Positions 52,233 to 64,000 of a stretch of DNA of 64,000 nucleotides are shown here, piece after piece. The first letter of the stretch is position 1. Every line of letters starts with the position of its first letter. The stretch covers positions 4,714,001 through 4,778,000 of the forward strand of contig CM119371.1 of NCBI GenBank assembly GCA_051294905.1. Reading direction: 5' to 3'. Source of the stretch: Botryllus schlosseri (Eukaryota). A model generated the notes under the pieces. It made no database searches. It was not told where the DNA came from and saw nothing but the letters and a program-made list of their open reading frames with translations. The position numbers were made by a program, and so were the translations under genes.

Positions 52233-53857
52233 GTTCCAGGTAACTGTGTGAGCCTTTTTATTATTAATATGGGTTCCCTGGTATGTAAGTGATATATGAT
52301 GGTTCATAGGATATGATTAGATCAGTTACGACTGTAGTGGGTGGATTGAGGTCTAAGCGTGGGATCCCCGCATAAATGAATGGTTAACCCACATGGTGCC
52401 ACAGAAAATACCTCTGTAATATGGGGCCAAAAAGGTACGGGTACCGATTGGTTTCCCCACTTGGTAACCGCACCTCGTCCCATTTTGATACCTTCCGGTA
52501 CCCAAGTAGTCGTGCTACCTGGGTTGTTGAAGCAGAAAATGAACGGTCTGAAAAGTACTCGAGTAGTATGAAGAAATGAGTTAGACTTTACTTTGTATAC
52601 ATCTGTTAGTCAATTGTATACTGTATCTACAAGCTGCTGGCGATTACTCCTGATATGTATCAAACAAAAATATTTTTATTTTTATTCAATTGTATATATG
52701 AGCATTCGGATCACAAGATGAATCTCCGTAACAAAGGAATAATGACTATTATTACTTCAAAAACGTGATGCTTTTTGCGATATCCTCAAGTAGGTTTTGC
52801 CTACTTTCACAACTTCAGAAGGCCTGACTTCAGAGTCAGTTTTAGAACCTGCCTGAATTGACTTGAAAAAATTAGAAATGACTTCGTGACTTGATTAAAA
52901 ATTTGCAATGACTTGAAGATAGTGACCTGATCCCAACTCTAGCTCGTACTATGAAGTATCCACCTTTATTTGATACTGCGAGACCACCTCCGATCATAGT
53001 GTTCATCACGTAGGCACACTGGTACATCAGTTTCGTCTGAATATTAAGCCATGCTACTGGTATTGGCCAAAACCTGTACAGTATGCACACATTTCACGTG
53101 CAAAATAGGTCTCGTTAAAAAACTTTTCACTACATTAACGCCAGTTCCAGAAGAAAGATTGCTGGCGAACCGTTTGTTTACATCGATTTCATTCCTGTAG
53201 TGAAGCATGACTCGCGACGCGCTCAAACGCAGAGCTCACTGGAGTTTCCAATCATTGTATATATATCATTGGATAGATGGGCAGCACGAGAGTCACGGTC
53301 GAGTGATGCGACAACGGCAGATTTGTTGTCGCTTCATAGCATGAAACGGGAGCGTAATTGCTAATCCCATAGATGACGACCCGAGCGCTCAAATTAAATA
53401 ACGTTGATCTTATTTGAAAGCTACAGTCGCGCTGATTCTGATAATATACAATAAATTTTCATCAAGGCAATGGAACCATCTCGAAATAGCCTTCAAAATA
53501 TGAAAATCGGCATTGTTCTAAACAATCGCAACCACGCACGGACCGTTGTTATGGTCATTGTGCTGCGCCGTTGCAATTGTTTTAGAACAATGCCGATTTT
53601 CATGTTTTGAAGGCTATTTCGGGGTGGTTCCATTGCCTTGATGAAAATTTATTGTATATTATCAGAATCAGCGCGACTGTAGCTTTCAAATAAGATCAAC
53701 TTTATTTAATTTGAGCGCTCGGGTCGTCATCTATGGGATTAGCAATTACGCTCCCGTTTCATGCTATGGAGCGACAACAAATCTGCCGTTGTCGCATCAC
53801 TCGACCGTGACTCTCGTCTTGCCCATCTATCCGTAGGTTAGTTATCTATAATTCAAC

Positions 53858-54185
53858 CGTGACCAGAAGAGTAGCCCGTCGACATTTTATCGCATGTTCT
53901 GAAACACGTTGCCGCGTATACTACTTTAGCCTAGCATTGGACGAATCCACCGACTTCACAGACATTGCATAGCTAATTTTCTTGGTGCATTTTATCAGAG
54001 TGGACATATTTGCAGAAATAATGCTTGCATGGCAAACGTGGGGAGCTGGCCAGCGAAAAACATCAACTTGACAAAGTTGACTTATGTAACTATTGGTGGA
54101 TGGCCAGCCGTGAAAGGAAAGGACATAGGTTGATTGGTTTGCTCTGAAATGACCCCGAAATGCCAGACTTTTTCTCATTTCACTG
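53858..54185 (+). pseudogene. Buster/SPIN/GTF2IRD2-type hAT transposase relic
   Basis: YYFSLALDESTDFTDIA*LIFLV (first catalytic D motif). Removing the nested elements restores KLSDSTVTRRV across 33697/53858. Confidence 0.8.
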
Positions 54186-57100
54186 AGAGCTCAAATAAAT
54201 AATGGCCTCTGTTGTAACAAAAAAGTGCCTGTGTTGTGACGCACAAGGCCTAAACGGCGATAAGCGTGACAGTAATACGGCGTGTAATAATAATACTAAG
54301 GTACAAATACCGACTTGGAAATGAATGCAATGCACGCTCCATGAAGTGATTTACTTGCGACGCCAGAAGATACATATTCTCACAAAAACAGCGATTGAAA
54401 ACTTACGAACGATGTCCAAGTGACCATTAATGCTTTGAAATGCATAAAAATGGACTAGACGCCCGTATACGACTAATAAATAGGCTCCAGTAGCCTAAAT
54501 TTGATAGAAGCTCACAAATGCATGGTAATAATGTTTTGGGGCCCGCAGTGTCTTTTGCGGGCAAAATGCGGCCCGTTGTACATGCAAAGTTGAGAACCCC
54601 TGTCGTAGACTAGTATATTAGAGTAATTAATCTCTGTTTTTGCCTTAACCAAACCTCTTGTTTTATTGAAATTGAATATATTTTATATAGTCCTCATCCA
54701 TTGGCGCAGGCTCGAATTGCATCATATCGATTTGTTAATGCGTAATGTATCGCATCCTTTCAAATCGTATCTATTCTCTAGTTTGGCTGGTAACTATAAA
54801 CTGTGGTTTAGCAGTTCTACGTATATGTGAGCGATACAGCGCCTTCTTGCGTGTATATCTAACTCTATTTCAGACAGGTATCAAAATGCAATGACGTCAT
54901 CATGCCCCATACTTCGAAAAGGCAACTTGACTTGAATTGTGACTTGACTCGTGACTTGACTTGACTTGACTCGAGTCACCTCCAAAAATCGAGTGACTTG
55001 ACTTGACTCGAGTCACCTTTGAAAATCGATTGACTTAACTTGACTCGAGTCAAAATGGGCAATGACTCGTGATTCGAAGGTAGTGACTTGATCCCAACAC
55101 TGGAAAATGCACGGCTCCGGCTACAAAGCCACGGATTGATGTGAGTCGTGATTGTGATACCCGTGTTCTGTTTTGTGATGTGCTTGCAGGCAAAGCCAGC
55201 TCAGAGTCATCACACAACTAACAGTGACGTTGCCAAGGAATCAGTTTTTGTGGTCGAAACTCATCCCATGTAAAATTTAAAAACCCCGTCCTTTGCATAT
55301 GCCAGTTTGATCTCCATTAACTAGCTAATTTGCACTTGCCTAATTCTTCGGCGTTGAATTACAGTCGGTTTTGTTTTAGTAACGCTTGCTGGCGGGAAGC
55401 TCGTTGGTTCTAGTTTCAGTTTTTTTTTTTAAATTGGGTAGGCCTAATTACTGTTCTATGGTAGAGTTACCATATACTGAAAATTTGAAAAGACACTTTT
55501 TCGGAATTTTCAGACTTACAAACTGGAGTGAAATCCGGAAAATGGTAAATTTTACCCAGCTTTGTGGTTGGTTGACTGAAAAAATGTCATTTTCAGACTC
55601 GACCCCAGAAATATAACACTTTTGTTGAATTCTCAGTTGGTTCACTAAAAAAAGGCCAACTTTTCGGCTCAACTCCCAAAATACCCGCTGGAACGTTACT
55701 TGAGTACTGAATTCCTATATCCCAGTCGAATTATAATCTACATTTGACCCGAATTTTTAAAAAAGAGGACATTTTGGCGTCCTCCGAGGAAACTTTCAAA
55801 ATAGTCGAAAAAAGAGGACAAATCCTCTTAAAAGATGACGTATTGTAACCGAGCCCTAATGTTAAATGACGCAAGTCGAAACTATAAAGTCAGACTTGTG
55901 ACTCGGGACCCGGACTTGGTTACAATTCTTGGCACTAAAACAGTCAGTTTGCAAACCTTTGTGATTTCATTATCGAATGTAGGATTGTATTGCCAAAATC
56001 AATTCCACAAAAGTTGCATCAAGCATGTCACGAATCATCTTCAAACACGAGTCATTCCAAGATGCAATCTGCGTATCGAATACGAGCGTCCCGACTACGA
56101 TCGCATCCGTATTTTGTAGCAGGTCCAATTTGCACGTTGTAAAGTGACGTTACTGGTTGATCTGAATCACATCCCCATCAGACGACACAGAATCAATTTG
56201 GTGTGGTCCTGCATGAAAGAAAAAAATGATAAAACAATCGCCCAAAGTACTCATGTTGAAGTGGCCTCGCAAATTACTAATCAGTTACGAGTAGAAGTAA
56301 CGCGGCAAAATTATACTCAGTTACATCTAGAAATATGTAGATTTTGTCAGATTTAACTGAAAATTGAACAGTGAACATAATAATTTGGAATCTTACACAA
56401 GTCAAAACACTATAACTCGGACTCGACCCTCTACTCGCTGACTTTGACTCGGGCTTGACTCGGTAGTGAATTCAAAATGACTCTCGACTCGACTCGAGTC
56501 AAAACTATAAAAGTGACATTGACTTGTTGTGACTCGGAACCTTGTGACTTGGTTACAACCCTGATTCCTGATTGGAAAGAAATACAAAAAAATCAACTTC
56601 AGTGTGTATCAAACATTTTCAGAAGCACGAGAATGGCAAATGTCTTTACTTCAAGTTTGGATTGTTTCACAAGATACTGTAGTAGTTACAGTAAAACCAC
56701 AAATTCAATTGGAAAATAAGATTATATCTATATTTTTCTTCAATTAGATTAGAACTACATTCACTGTTTTTGCAAGAGCTAGGAAATTTAATTTAATTAT
56801 GACTTTGAAAAAATATGACAAAAAATCTACTTGACATGATATGAAGTCAGGGTTCATTTCCATAAGCACGAGATTGGGAAATGTCAGTAATCCGAGCATG
56901 GCTCGTTTGGCACTATCCAGTTCTCCCGCAGCATTTTCAGTAACAGATTAGATAACAACTAATAAGAGAGCATAGGAAGTTTTGACGAGTCTACTGGGAT
57001 TACCGAGATTAGTGGGTAGGGTTAGTCTACCATATTTTGACATCGTAAAAAGAAAACTATTTGCAAAAATTCTGAAATCAATAGTAACGGAAAAGAAAAC

Positions 57101-60100
57101 GGGCAATTTTCCGAAGTAGTTATAATCTTGTGTTGACTAAAAGGGGTATTTTTTCCAATATTGACTCAGGAAATGCCAATCGAGACATATTTTTCGTTAA
57201 TTGACTTGCATTTGGTGTGTCCGAGTACACTTTTTTCATATCATAAAACTTTTTATAGAAAGAGGACAAATTAAATACAATGAATTATTCGAGTCGAGTA
57301 ATGAGAGATGATATTTTCGAGCACCGAAATGACACGTTCCTTACTACTCGACAAAAATTATAGTTCTGGTAGCACTGTCCACTAGGTTGTTCAAAAGCAA
57401 CTTTTTTTCCAGATGGCTGGTTGGAATTGAGCCAAATCTGGGGTGCAGCCTTTTTAGGCAACCTAACAATTTAGTCAGTGAATATCCGGAGTCCAAAAAA
57501 GTTTATTTTTGAACAACCCTCCTGTCCACTGTGGCAGCCTTGAAACGTCGATTGATCGTATGACAGCAAACTGAACATGTAGTACGAAGCTACGCACGTT
57601 AATGGAAGTGAATATTCAGTTAAGTAATAATCTACCCACAGTATTGCAATAAAGTGCAATCAACTAGGTGTGGCCGTAAAAATATAAAATCACCTTCAAT
57701 GTGCTGCATATCTAAGAACTGGCATTATATTCTTAGTGGTCGCGCAAGAGGTACGTATCTGCACTTTCCATATCATCCATACTGTTATGATGTCTCACTG
57801 AGTGACACTCGGATACTCGACTAAAAGCCTAAATACTGGATTCAGATTCAAATCACTCAGGTGCTTGAATTTTCCCAATCCTACCCCTAAGACCCTCGCG
57901 ATTCCCGTATAATAAACTTACACATGGATGTTCTTATATACTCACAAAACACAGTCCAACGACCAGGTCTCCACATCGAAACGGTGCCCGTTCTTTCCGA
58001 GAACTTCCGAGGCAATATAGTTGGGGGTGTCACAAAAAGGATTTTTTGTTTGGCCGTCAAAGTCGACTTTGGTAGCCAGGATGAAATCTCGCCGAATTCT
58101 TCAAACTTCACCTCCATATTGCTCAGGAATAGATTCCAAGCTGTCAATACAAATTTCATATTCAATTACACTGGTATGCAAACTCTTACAAACTACCAAT
58201 CCAGGTAGTTGATAGTCAACAAACTACTGCCATTTTGATGAATTCAGGTTTTAGTTGCGTAATATAAAAGCAAGTTGTTCTAGTTGTAGTTGCAGATCTT
58301 GAATAGTGAGTGGGTCATTCAAAAAATGTAGTTGCCGACAACTAAAAACATATGTTTTCATGATACCGGTGTTCTGTTGCATGATATTTAAGCAGCTTTT
58401 GCTAGCTCAGAGCAGGGTTGTAACAAAGTCACAAGTCAATCTCACTTTTATAGTCTTCACTTGAATCAAGTCGAGTAATTTTCAATTCACCATCGAGTCA
58501 AGTCCTAGTACAAGTTGGCGAGTAGAAAATTGAGTACGAGTGCAAATCATTATGTTCACTGTTCAGTTATCAGTACAATCCACTTTTTCCAATTCTCTTC
58601 GCGTGATTTAGAATGGCTCGCATTCATAATATCGTTATTTTCCTCGGTTAACAGTTTCTGGCCCTTTTCTCCAGTATCAGGACTGATATACAAAATACCA
58701 ATCATGTGGTGACTAAACTATTCTTCGAAGTTACAGTGACAGTCCTGGTCTTGAGTCATATGACTCGAGTCAGGTTGAGTCACCAAATAAGTGTGACTTG
58801 AGTTTGACTCGAGTCGAGTCATAACTCGAATCATTGCAGCCAAACAGTGGTATAGGCAGGGTTGGTCGAAACCACCCCCGTTTTAAGCTCGAAACCCCGT
58901 CAATTTGAGATGCCAATTCTCTCTCCGATATTTCTCAGCTCATTTGTAAATTAGTAACCAAACAATCATTACTGAGTTGTGTATTAGTTAGTTAGTAGCG
59001 GATTTTTAATGGTCGTTGGTTCTAGTAGAGAATTTGAAAAAGTGAGCAGTTCCGAAACTTGTTGCGCAATGCGCATGTTGAAAATCTAGCAGTTTGTTTG
59101 TTGGTTCTGTGATGGCGCATCTTCCACTGTACATTTCCATCAGCGACTGCCGACAAAAATATAAGGTAATTGGTTTGCTGGAATGAGAAAAACAATATTG
59201 TTTGTTAGACACAACTAAATCAGTGGTTCTCAATTATTCTGAGATAGAGGGACAGTCAAACTTGCCGGTAGTTTTTGCACCCCGGTGAACCATCCAAACT
59301 ATAATCTTCATTTAAAACTTGCTTTTTGATACTGAACGTGCAATAAATAAGGCTTGCTAAAATAGAGTATTAGAGTGTCTTGATTTTGAATCGAGTAATG
59401 AGTTTGAGTCACTCACAGCAACACCACAAAGAATATAATGCGGATTCTAGTCATATTATAAAGGTTATTTGGCACTTTTTGGACCATACCTATTCCATTG
59501 CACTATGTGACAATGCTTTTAGTTGATCACGACTTCACAAATATGTCATTTTCAGCAACGCGAGTAGCTTTGTACTGCATGTTTCATATGCTGCGATACA
59601 ACCAATCGACGTTTACAGCTTTTCAGACAGAGAAATATTATCGAAAGTATAGTTTACATTGGTTCAGTTCAGCTTATTATAAATATATATATTTTTTTTG
59701 TGGCATGGAGCGTATATTGTCAGTACGCGAACAATCATTTCCTACTACTCGACTTAACTTATCAGAATTGATTCTGGATTCAGATTTGAGTCACCAAATT
59801 ATTGTGCCCAGCCCTAGGGATCAAAGTTGCGTCACTAGAAAATGATCACATTGTCCAGGACTGATTAGATTTTGAATTAAATTAAACACATTTTCCCAAA
59901 ATAGATTAGAATTACAATTACCTAGTTGAGAAAAGAAATCAAGTTAAGTTCATATCAAATCGGAGTTGATTATCATAAGCACCAATCTTGACTCGTTTCA
60001 CACTATCTACGTAGAATTAGTTGACTAATTAGATTGGAATTACATTGCAAGTACTTCGCCCTATTTAGCTTAATTTATTATAGAAAAATAATTATCTGGT

Positions 60101-60575
60101 CGTCCAAGTATGCTTGTAATCAACATTACAGATCTCTAACGAACATTGCCTTTTCGACCGGCGCAGTTAGAGGTACATTACATTTATAATGAGGAAATAC
60201 TTTTACCCTTCTTCTGCACTACTCAAGAACGATGTCGACGAAATCCTTGTCTTGGAACAATCCGTGAAATCCAACGACGTGCTCGTGATTCAAACTTCGA
60301 TGGAGACTGATCTCTTGCAACATTTGTCCTTCTCATGCTACTTCAGAAGCAATGCCTGAAATTCAGATACTGGCTTTGGTTGCAGATTTTAAAAAAGTGA
60401 GTAGGTCTAGTTCTAGGTGTGCATGTAAAAATATTTTAGTTGCCGATCAACTAGAAAACATGTGTCTTCGTTTGTTTTGAATCATGATACAGGTTTTCCG
60501 TTGTGTGATGTTCTTGCAGCCGTCTCAGAGTCATCACTACTATTAATGGTGAAGCCACGGGCAAATCCTTATGAG

Positions 60576-62807
60576 CAGTGCTTTTCAACCTGTGTGACGG
60601 TTCGCACTTGTGCGAATGAAAAAATTTGCAGTGCGAATGACGAAGGTGGTGCGAACGGTGCGAATGAAAATCCCGGATGAGTGCGAATGAAAATCGTGAA
60701 TAATAATTGCTTTTCAAATAAACATACGAAATTCAAGGGCAGTGTAACTTTACTTGTTGCGACGCAATTGTAAAAACTTGTTTAACTTACGACGCACCAC
60801 TAGTCGTAGCTCTCACATGCCGTAGTGAATTGATATTTTGGCACTATAATTATTACGTAACCAAACCCTGGTTTAGAAGCTGGTGTAGTGACAGACATAT
60901 AGCAGCCCGTCAGAGGCTGGGAAAATGACGTTAAATTCACTTTCTGCTTACTTTCGCTAAACAATCATCAATACTTCCGTAATACCTGTTCGATTAGTGC
61001 TAGGCACGAGGACAGTAGTAAATACTATTATTACATACTGCCATTTGCAAGTTACAGTAACGCAAATTTTACCCTTTCAGGAGTTAAGTATAGACCTCAA
61101 AGGGTATAATTTTGGGTCGACACGGTGCCAGGACTAGGGTTGGGACTTCGGGATCAAATTTGAAATCCCGGGATCGGGATTTTCCCGGGATTTTAGCTTC
61201 TCAATCCCGGGATTTCCCGGGATTGGCAAAGTAGTAAAATACACATACAAGCTACACAAACTACATTTATTTCTTCTAATATTGCCGCAAAATCATGAGA
61301 GCATCAAAAGTATCATCATTAAGACGGTTTCGTATTTTATTGGCGAAATACCCAAGAGCTGAAAACGCACGTTCAGCCACAACGGATGTCGGCTTAATAG
61401 TTTTCAGTGATTCATATAACTTGCTCAAGTTTTCTGGCCGTTTTTGCTGCAAAGATCCTGCCATAGTTTTTACATATCCAAGGACCCTATGTTGGGTACT
61501 GTGGTCAATAAGCGAGACACGCAGAAAATATGGCTTGATCATAAGCCTCAGCCGACTTTTGATTTGAATTCATGATAAGATTTGTCCGAATGTTTTTTTT
61601 CTTCTGGAAAATTTGGACGAAGACCGCTGGGATGAACTAGTGTAGGCCTGTAGGGGTGTGCAACAAGCGAGTTCAGGCCCATGAGATACATTCATTTTGA
61701 GGCCAACTCCTTCTGCATAGGATCACATGAATACGTGAAGTTTTGGCCAACATACCGCTGATAAAATACGGTGCCAAAACATCAGCGGCGACAAAACCTT
61801 GGCCAAAAATCACCGTCGCTGGATGGCAAAACCTTTCGATATGGATATGCTCCGTTGCCGGCACCGAATAGTCCCGTTCTTGCAATCTGAGTAGACAGTA
61901 GTACAAATGCGACACGCGGAGAAATTTACTTCACTCTAATTTAAAATCGCGTGCCTAAGACGTGTATTTCATGGAGCTGTGTTTGGTAAAATTGTGGTGT
62001 GCGCGTTCTGTATGTCATACATGCTCGTAAAATCGTAGCATACTACTCTAATACCAAAAATTAATCCCTTTTCATGGGTGAGGCTCGGGTTGCGAGATGC
62101 CACAAAAAAATCAGATTTTGGTGGAGGTCTAAAAATCTGCTTCAAGGTTATGTTATGAATATTCAAGTTATATTGAAATAAAGAGTCGATCAAACAGTAT
62201 CGTGACTTTGTTTGATCTTCTCACATACTCGCGAGACAGAAAATTGGATATCGAAAAAAAAAATACAGAACTCATGAGGAAGCAGCGTATCATAAGGTAG
62301 CGAGCTCTAATATGCCTACTCTCCTTGACGGTGTTGGAGATTATTTTCCAAGACATCAGGCACAAGCCTCAACACAAACATGTGGATTTTTCACCCTTTC
62401 GACAAACTGGAGCCGCCGGGACCCTTGTGTCCTCTCTCAAAAACGATTTCTGCCAGCAAGCGTCCTTCATTCGCGGAAAATACGCTGTATTTTGGATGGG
62501 AGTGCAGAACAGTTCTTAAGGCCTGGCCATCCAAACACTGTGGCAGGCGTTATTGTGCAAGATCTGCCGAGAAGCGTTTTAGTGAAATAGCGGAAATCAA
62601 ACGAGGGAAAAGAGTTGCCTTTTAATGAGACATAGTTCATGGCCTAACAGCTACGGTAGCCAATTTGTTGCACATCTGAACAGAATATTCTTATGTATCT
62701 TCAATCTTCATCTTCATTTTGTATAGCAATTTTCGGTAGGCGTGTGCGAATGAAATTTATTTTCCCAAAAAGGTGCGAATGAAACTCAAAAAGGTTGAAA
62801 AGCACTG
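60576..62807. mobile_element. Non-autonomous hAT element with a nested hAT fragment
   Basis: TIRs CAGTGCTTTTCAACCT / AGGTTGAAAAGCACTG; TSD CTTATGAG; GTGCGAATGA subterminal repeats; absent from the paralog near 4165. Confidence 0.9.
61135..61545 (-). mobile_element. 3' end of a second hAT element: C-terminal dimerisation domain plus one TIR
   Basis: LSKLYESLKTIKPTSVVAERAFSALG..RNRLNDDTFDALMILR; terminal TAGGGTTGGGA with CCCGGGA subterminal repeats at 61135-61225. Confidence 0.8.
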
Positions 62808-64000
62808 CTTATGAGTATTCTGTACAAGTAGAAGTACTATTGTTACGGGCTGACTATGCTCACATGCGCTCAGTTGCATCCTTTCTAGTTTATTTAATGT
62901 CCAAGTCCAGCAACGGCCGCAAAGTGGTTCAAATAAATGTGCTGAAGGTTTGGAAATATGTCTTGAGCTAGTTGCCATATTATTTCAAAATAGGTTGAAT
63001 ATATCGAGGTTATCGGTAGAGGTGCTACTTATCGGCATTGGCTCAAAAATAAGATATCTGTCGTGTCGGGCTCTAGTTATGAGAGAGACTCGAGTGCGAG
63101 ACCAGAAACGTAATACGATTCAGAATCCAATAAATCAGGAACTCGGTTTTGCCTAGAATTACGAAAAAGCTCACTGTTGAAACTCAAGAGAGGACGCCTT
63201 TGCTGTAGTTGGTTTTCCGAAATTCTAGGCGCCATCGTCATGCAGGTTATGGGCAGTTTCTGAACAATGCAGCCGTTGAAATACTTGTTCGCCGGCATTT
63301 CCTTTACAGGGGTCGATTTCTAACATTCCAATGAGAAGATCACATATATAAACAACATCAAAGATAGTACCCAACATTTTCATAACATTGTTTGTTAATC
63401 GGGATTTGTGAATTCAAACTATAATACCAATCAAGATTCGTATTTGGATAGAAATAGATTCAAGTATCAGATAAGCAGATTTGCAGACTTGGACAACTAG
63501 AATATTTTCAGCTTCTCTGAATTAGACTAGAATTAGCATTACAGATACAGAGTTAATTTCCATATTAGAATATAATTATCATGATATCTACACAGTTATT
63601 TCCAAATTAGATTAACCTTAGAATGATAGTTACACATTTTTTTCCGCATTAGATTAGAAATAGAATAAAAGCTACACAGTTTTTTATAAAAACTGATTTC
63701 GTGAACCTTTGGACATGGAATCAAGTTCAGTCCATATCAAACCAGAGTTAATTCTCATAAGCATGAGGATGACAAATGTTTGTACAGGAAGTTTGTCTCG
63801 TTTTGCGCTTCACAGTTCTCCTGTAGCAATTTCAGGAAAACCAGAAATTAGATCAGAATTGAGAGTATAGAAACATTTGCCATATTATAATTAGATTTCA
63901 GACATTCGCTCCAATTAGTTTTATTAGATAACTCTGCTACGATTATTTAGTTGCCAAAGTCTGACTATGACTATCTAAAAGTACTTCGTTACTGATCACC

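Larger units (their letters stand above)
43874..52523 (+). mobile_element. EnSpm/CACTA(CMC)-like DNA transposon, 8650 bp, apparently full length
   Basis: Termini CCCAGCTAGCAC / GTGCTACCTGGG; 2-bp TSD TT, supported by the empty site GAAATCTACTTGTTGAAGCAG (reverse strand, 39264-39284). Confidence 0.9.
33724..53271 (+). mobile_element. P-superfamily (THAP) DNA transposon, outer copy (about 5.1 kb net of later insertions)
   Basis: 29-bp TIR CAATGATATATATACAATGATTGGAAACT at 33724 and inverted at 53243-53271; TSD GATAGAT; internal P-transposase relics. Confidence 0.88.
33698..53850. mobile_element. About 600-bp foldback MITE split by the P element (pieces 33698-33723 and 53272-53850)
   Basis: Ends TATAGATAACTAACCTACGGATAGAT and its reverse complement; 7-bp TSD ATTCAAC (33691-33697, 53851-53857); long near-perfect inverted arms within 53272-53831. 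Confidence 0.85.
27892..54602 (+). mobile_element. Buster/Charlie-type hAT element with transposase relics (second shell)
   Basis: TIRs CAGGGGTTCTCAAC / GTTGAGAACCCCTG; 8-bp TSD TCGTAGAC (nnnTAnnn) at 27884-27891 and 54603-54610. Confidence 0.88.
27553..55102. mobile_element. Non-autonomous hAT element (outermost shell of the nest), expanded to 27.5 kb by insertions
   Basis: TIRs CAGTGTTGGGAT / ATCCCAACACTG; 8-bp TSD GAAAATGC (27545-27552, 55103-55110); GACTTGACTCGAGTC subterminal repeats at both ends; empty-site paralog near 23481-23506. Confidence 0.88.
56050..63330 (-). pseudogene. PLK1-like: Polo-like kinase 1 pseudogene, copy B
   Basis: Kinase exons at about 60206-60356 ([36 protein letters not shown]), 59100-59146 (SLMEMYSGRCAITEP), 57930-58140 (NLFLSNMEVK..ATKVDFDG) and 63170-63330. 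Polo-box 2 exon at 56050-56208 (DHTKLILCRLMG..RHFTTCKLDLL..YGC..ARIRYA). Stops and frameshifts are present. Confidence 0.88.
57290..63330 (+). repeat. Segmental duplicate of about 735-4660 (direct orientation)
   Basis: Colinear exon, intron and MITE sequence, e.g. AAGATATCTGTCGTGTCGGGCTCTAGTT and TTTGGCCGTCAAAGTCGACTTTGGTAGCCA in both copies. Confidence 0.9.

Overview
AT-rich eukaryotic DNA, most likely from an invertebrate animal (short GT-AG introns, C2H2 arrays, PLK1 homology); no prokaryotic features. Layout: (1) two direct-orientation copies of a decayed polo-like kinase 1 locus bracket the window (about 0.7-4.7 kb and 56.0-63.3 kb, minus strand). (2) Two long minus-strand tandem C2H2 zinc-finger ORFs (about 30 and 26 fingers) with minisatellite-like arrays. 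(3) A Mutator-type foldback element with a TTAGGG-like core. (4) A 27.5-kb nest of DNA transposons (27553-55102), each level bounded by TIRs and a target-site duplication (TSD): hAT > Buster-type hAT > foldback MITE > P/THAP element. The P element contains an inverted copy of itself, producing about 4.2-kb near-identical inverted arms. It also contains an apparently intact 8.65-kb EnSpm/CACTA-like element (CCCAG termini, 2-bp TSD, 690-aa transposase, predicted 7-exon DUF4806-like gene), whose empty site survives in the sister copy. The rest is mostly MITEs. All family assignments come from motif recognition by eye, not from database searches.
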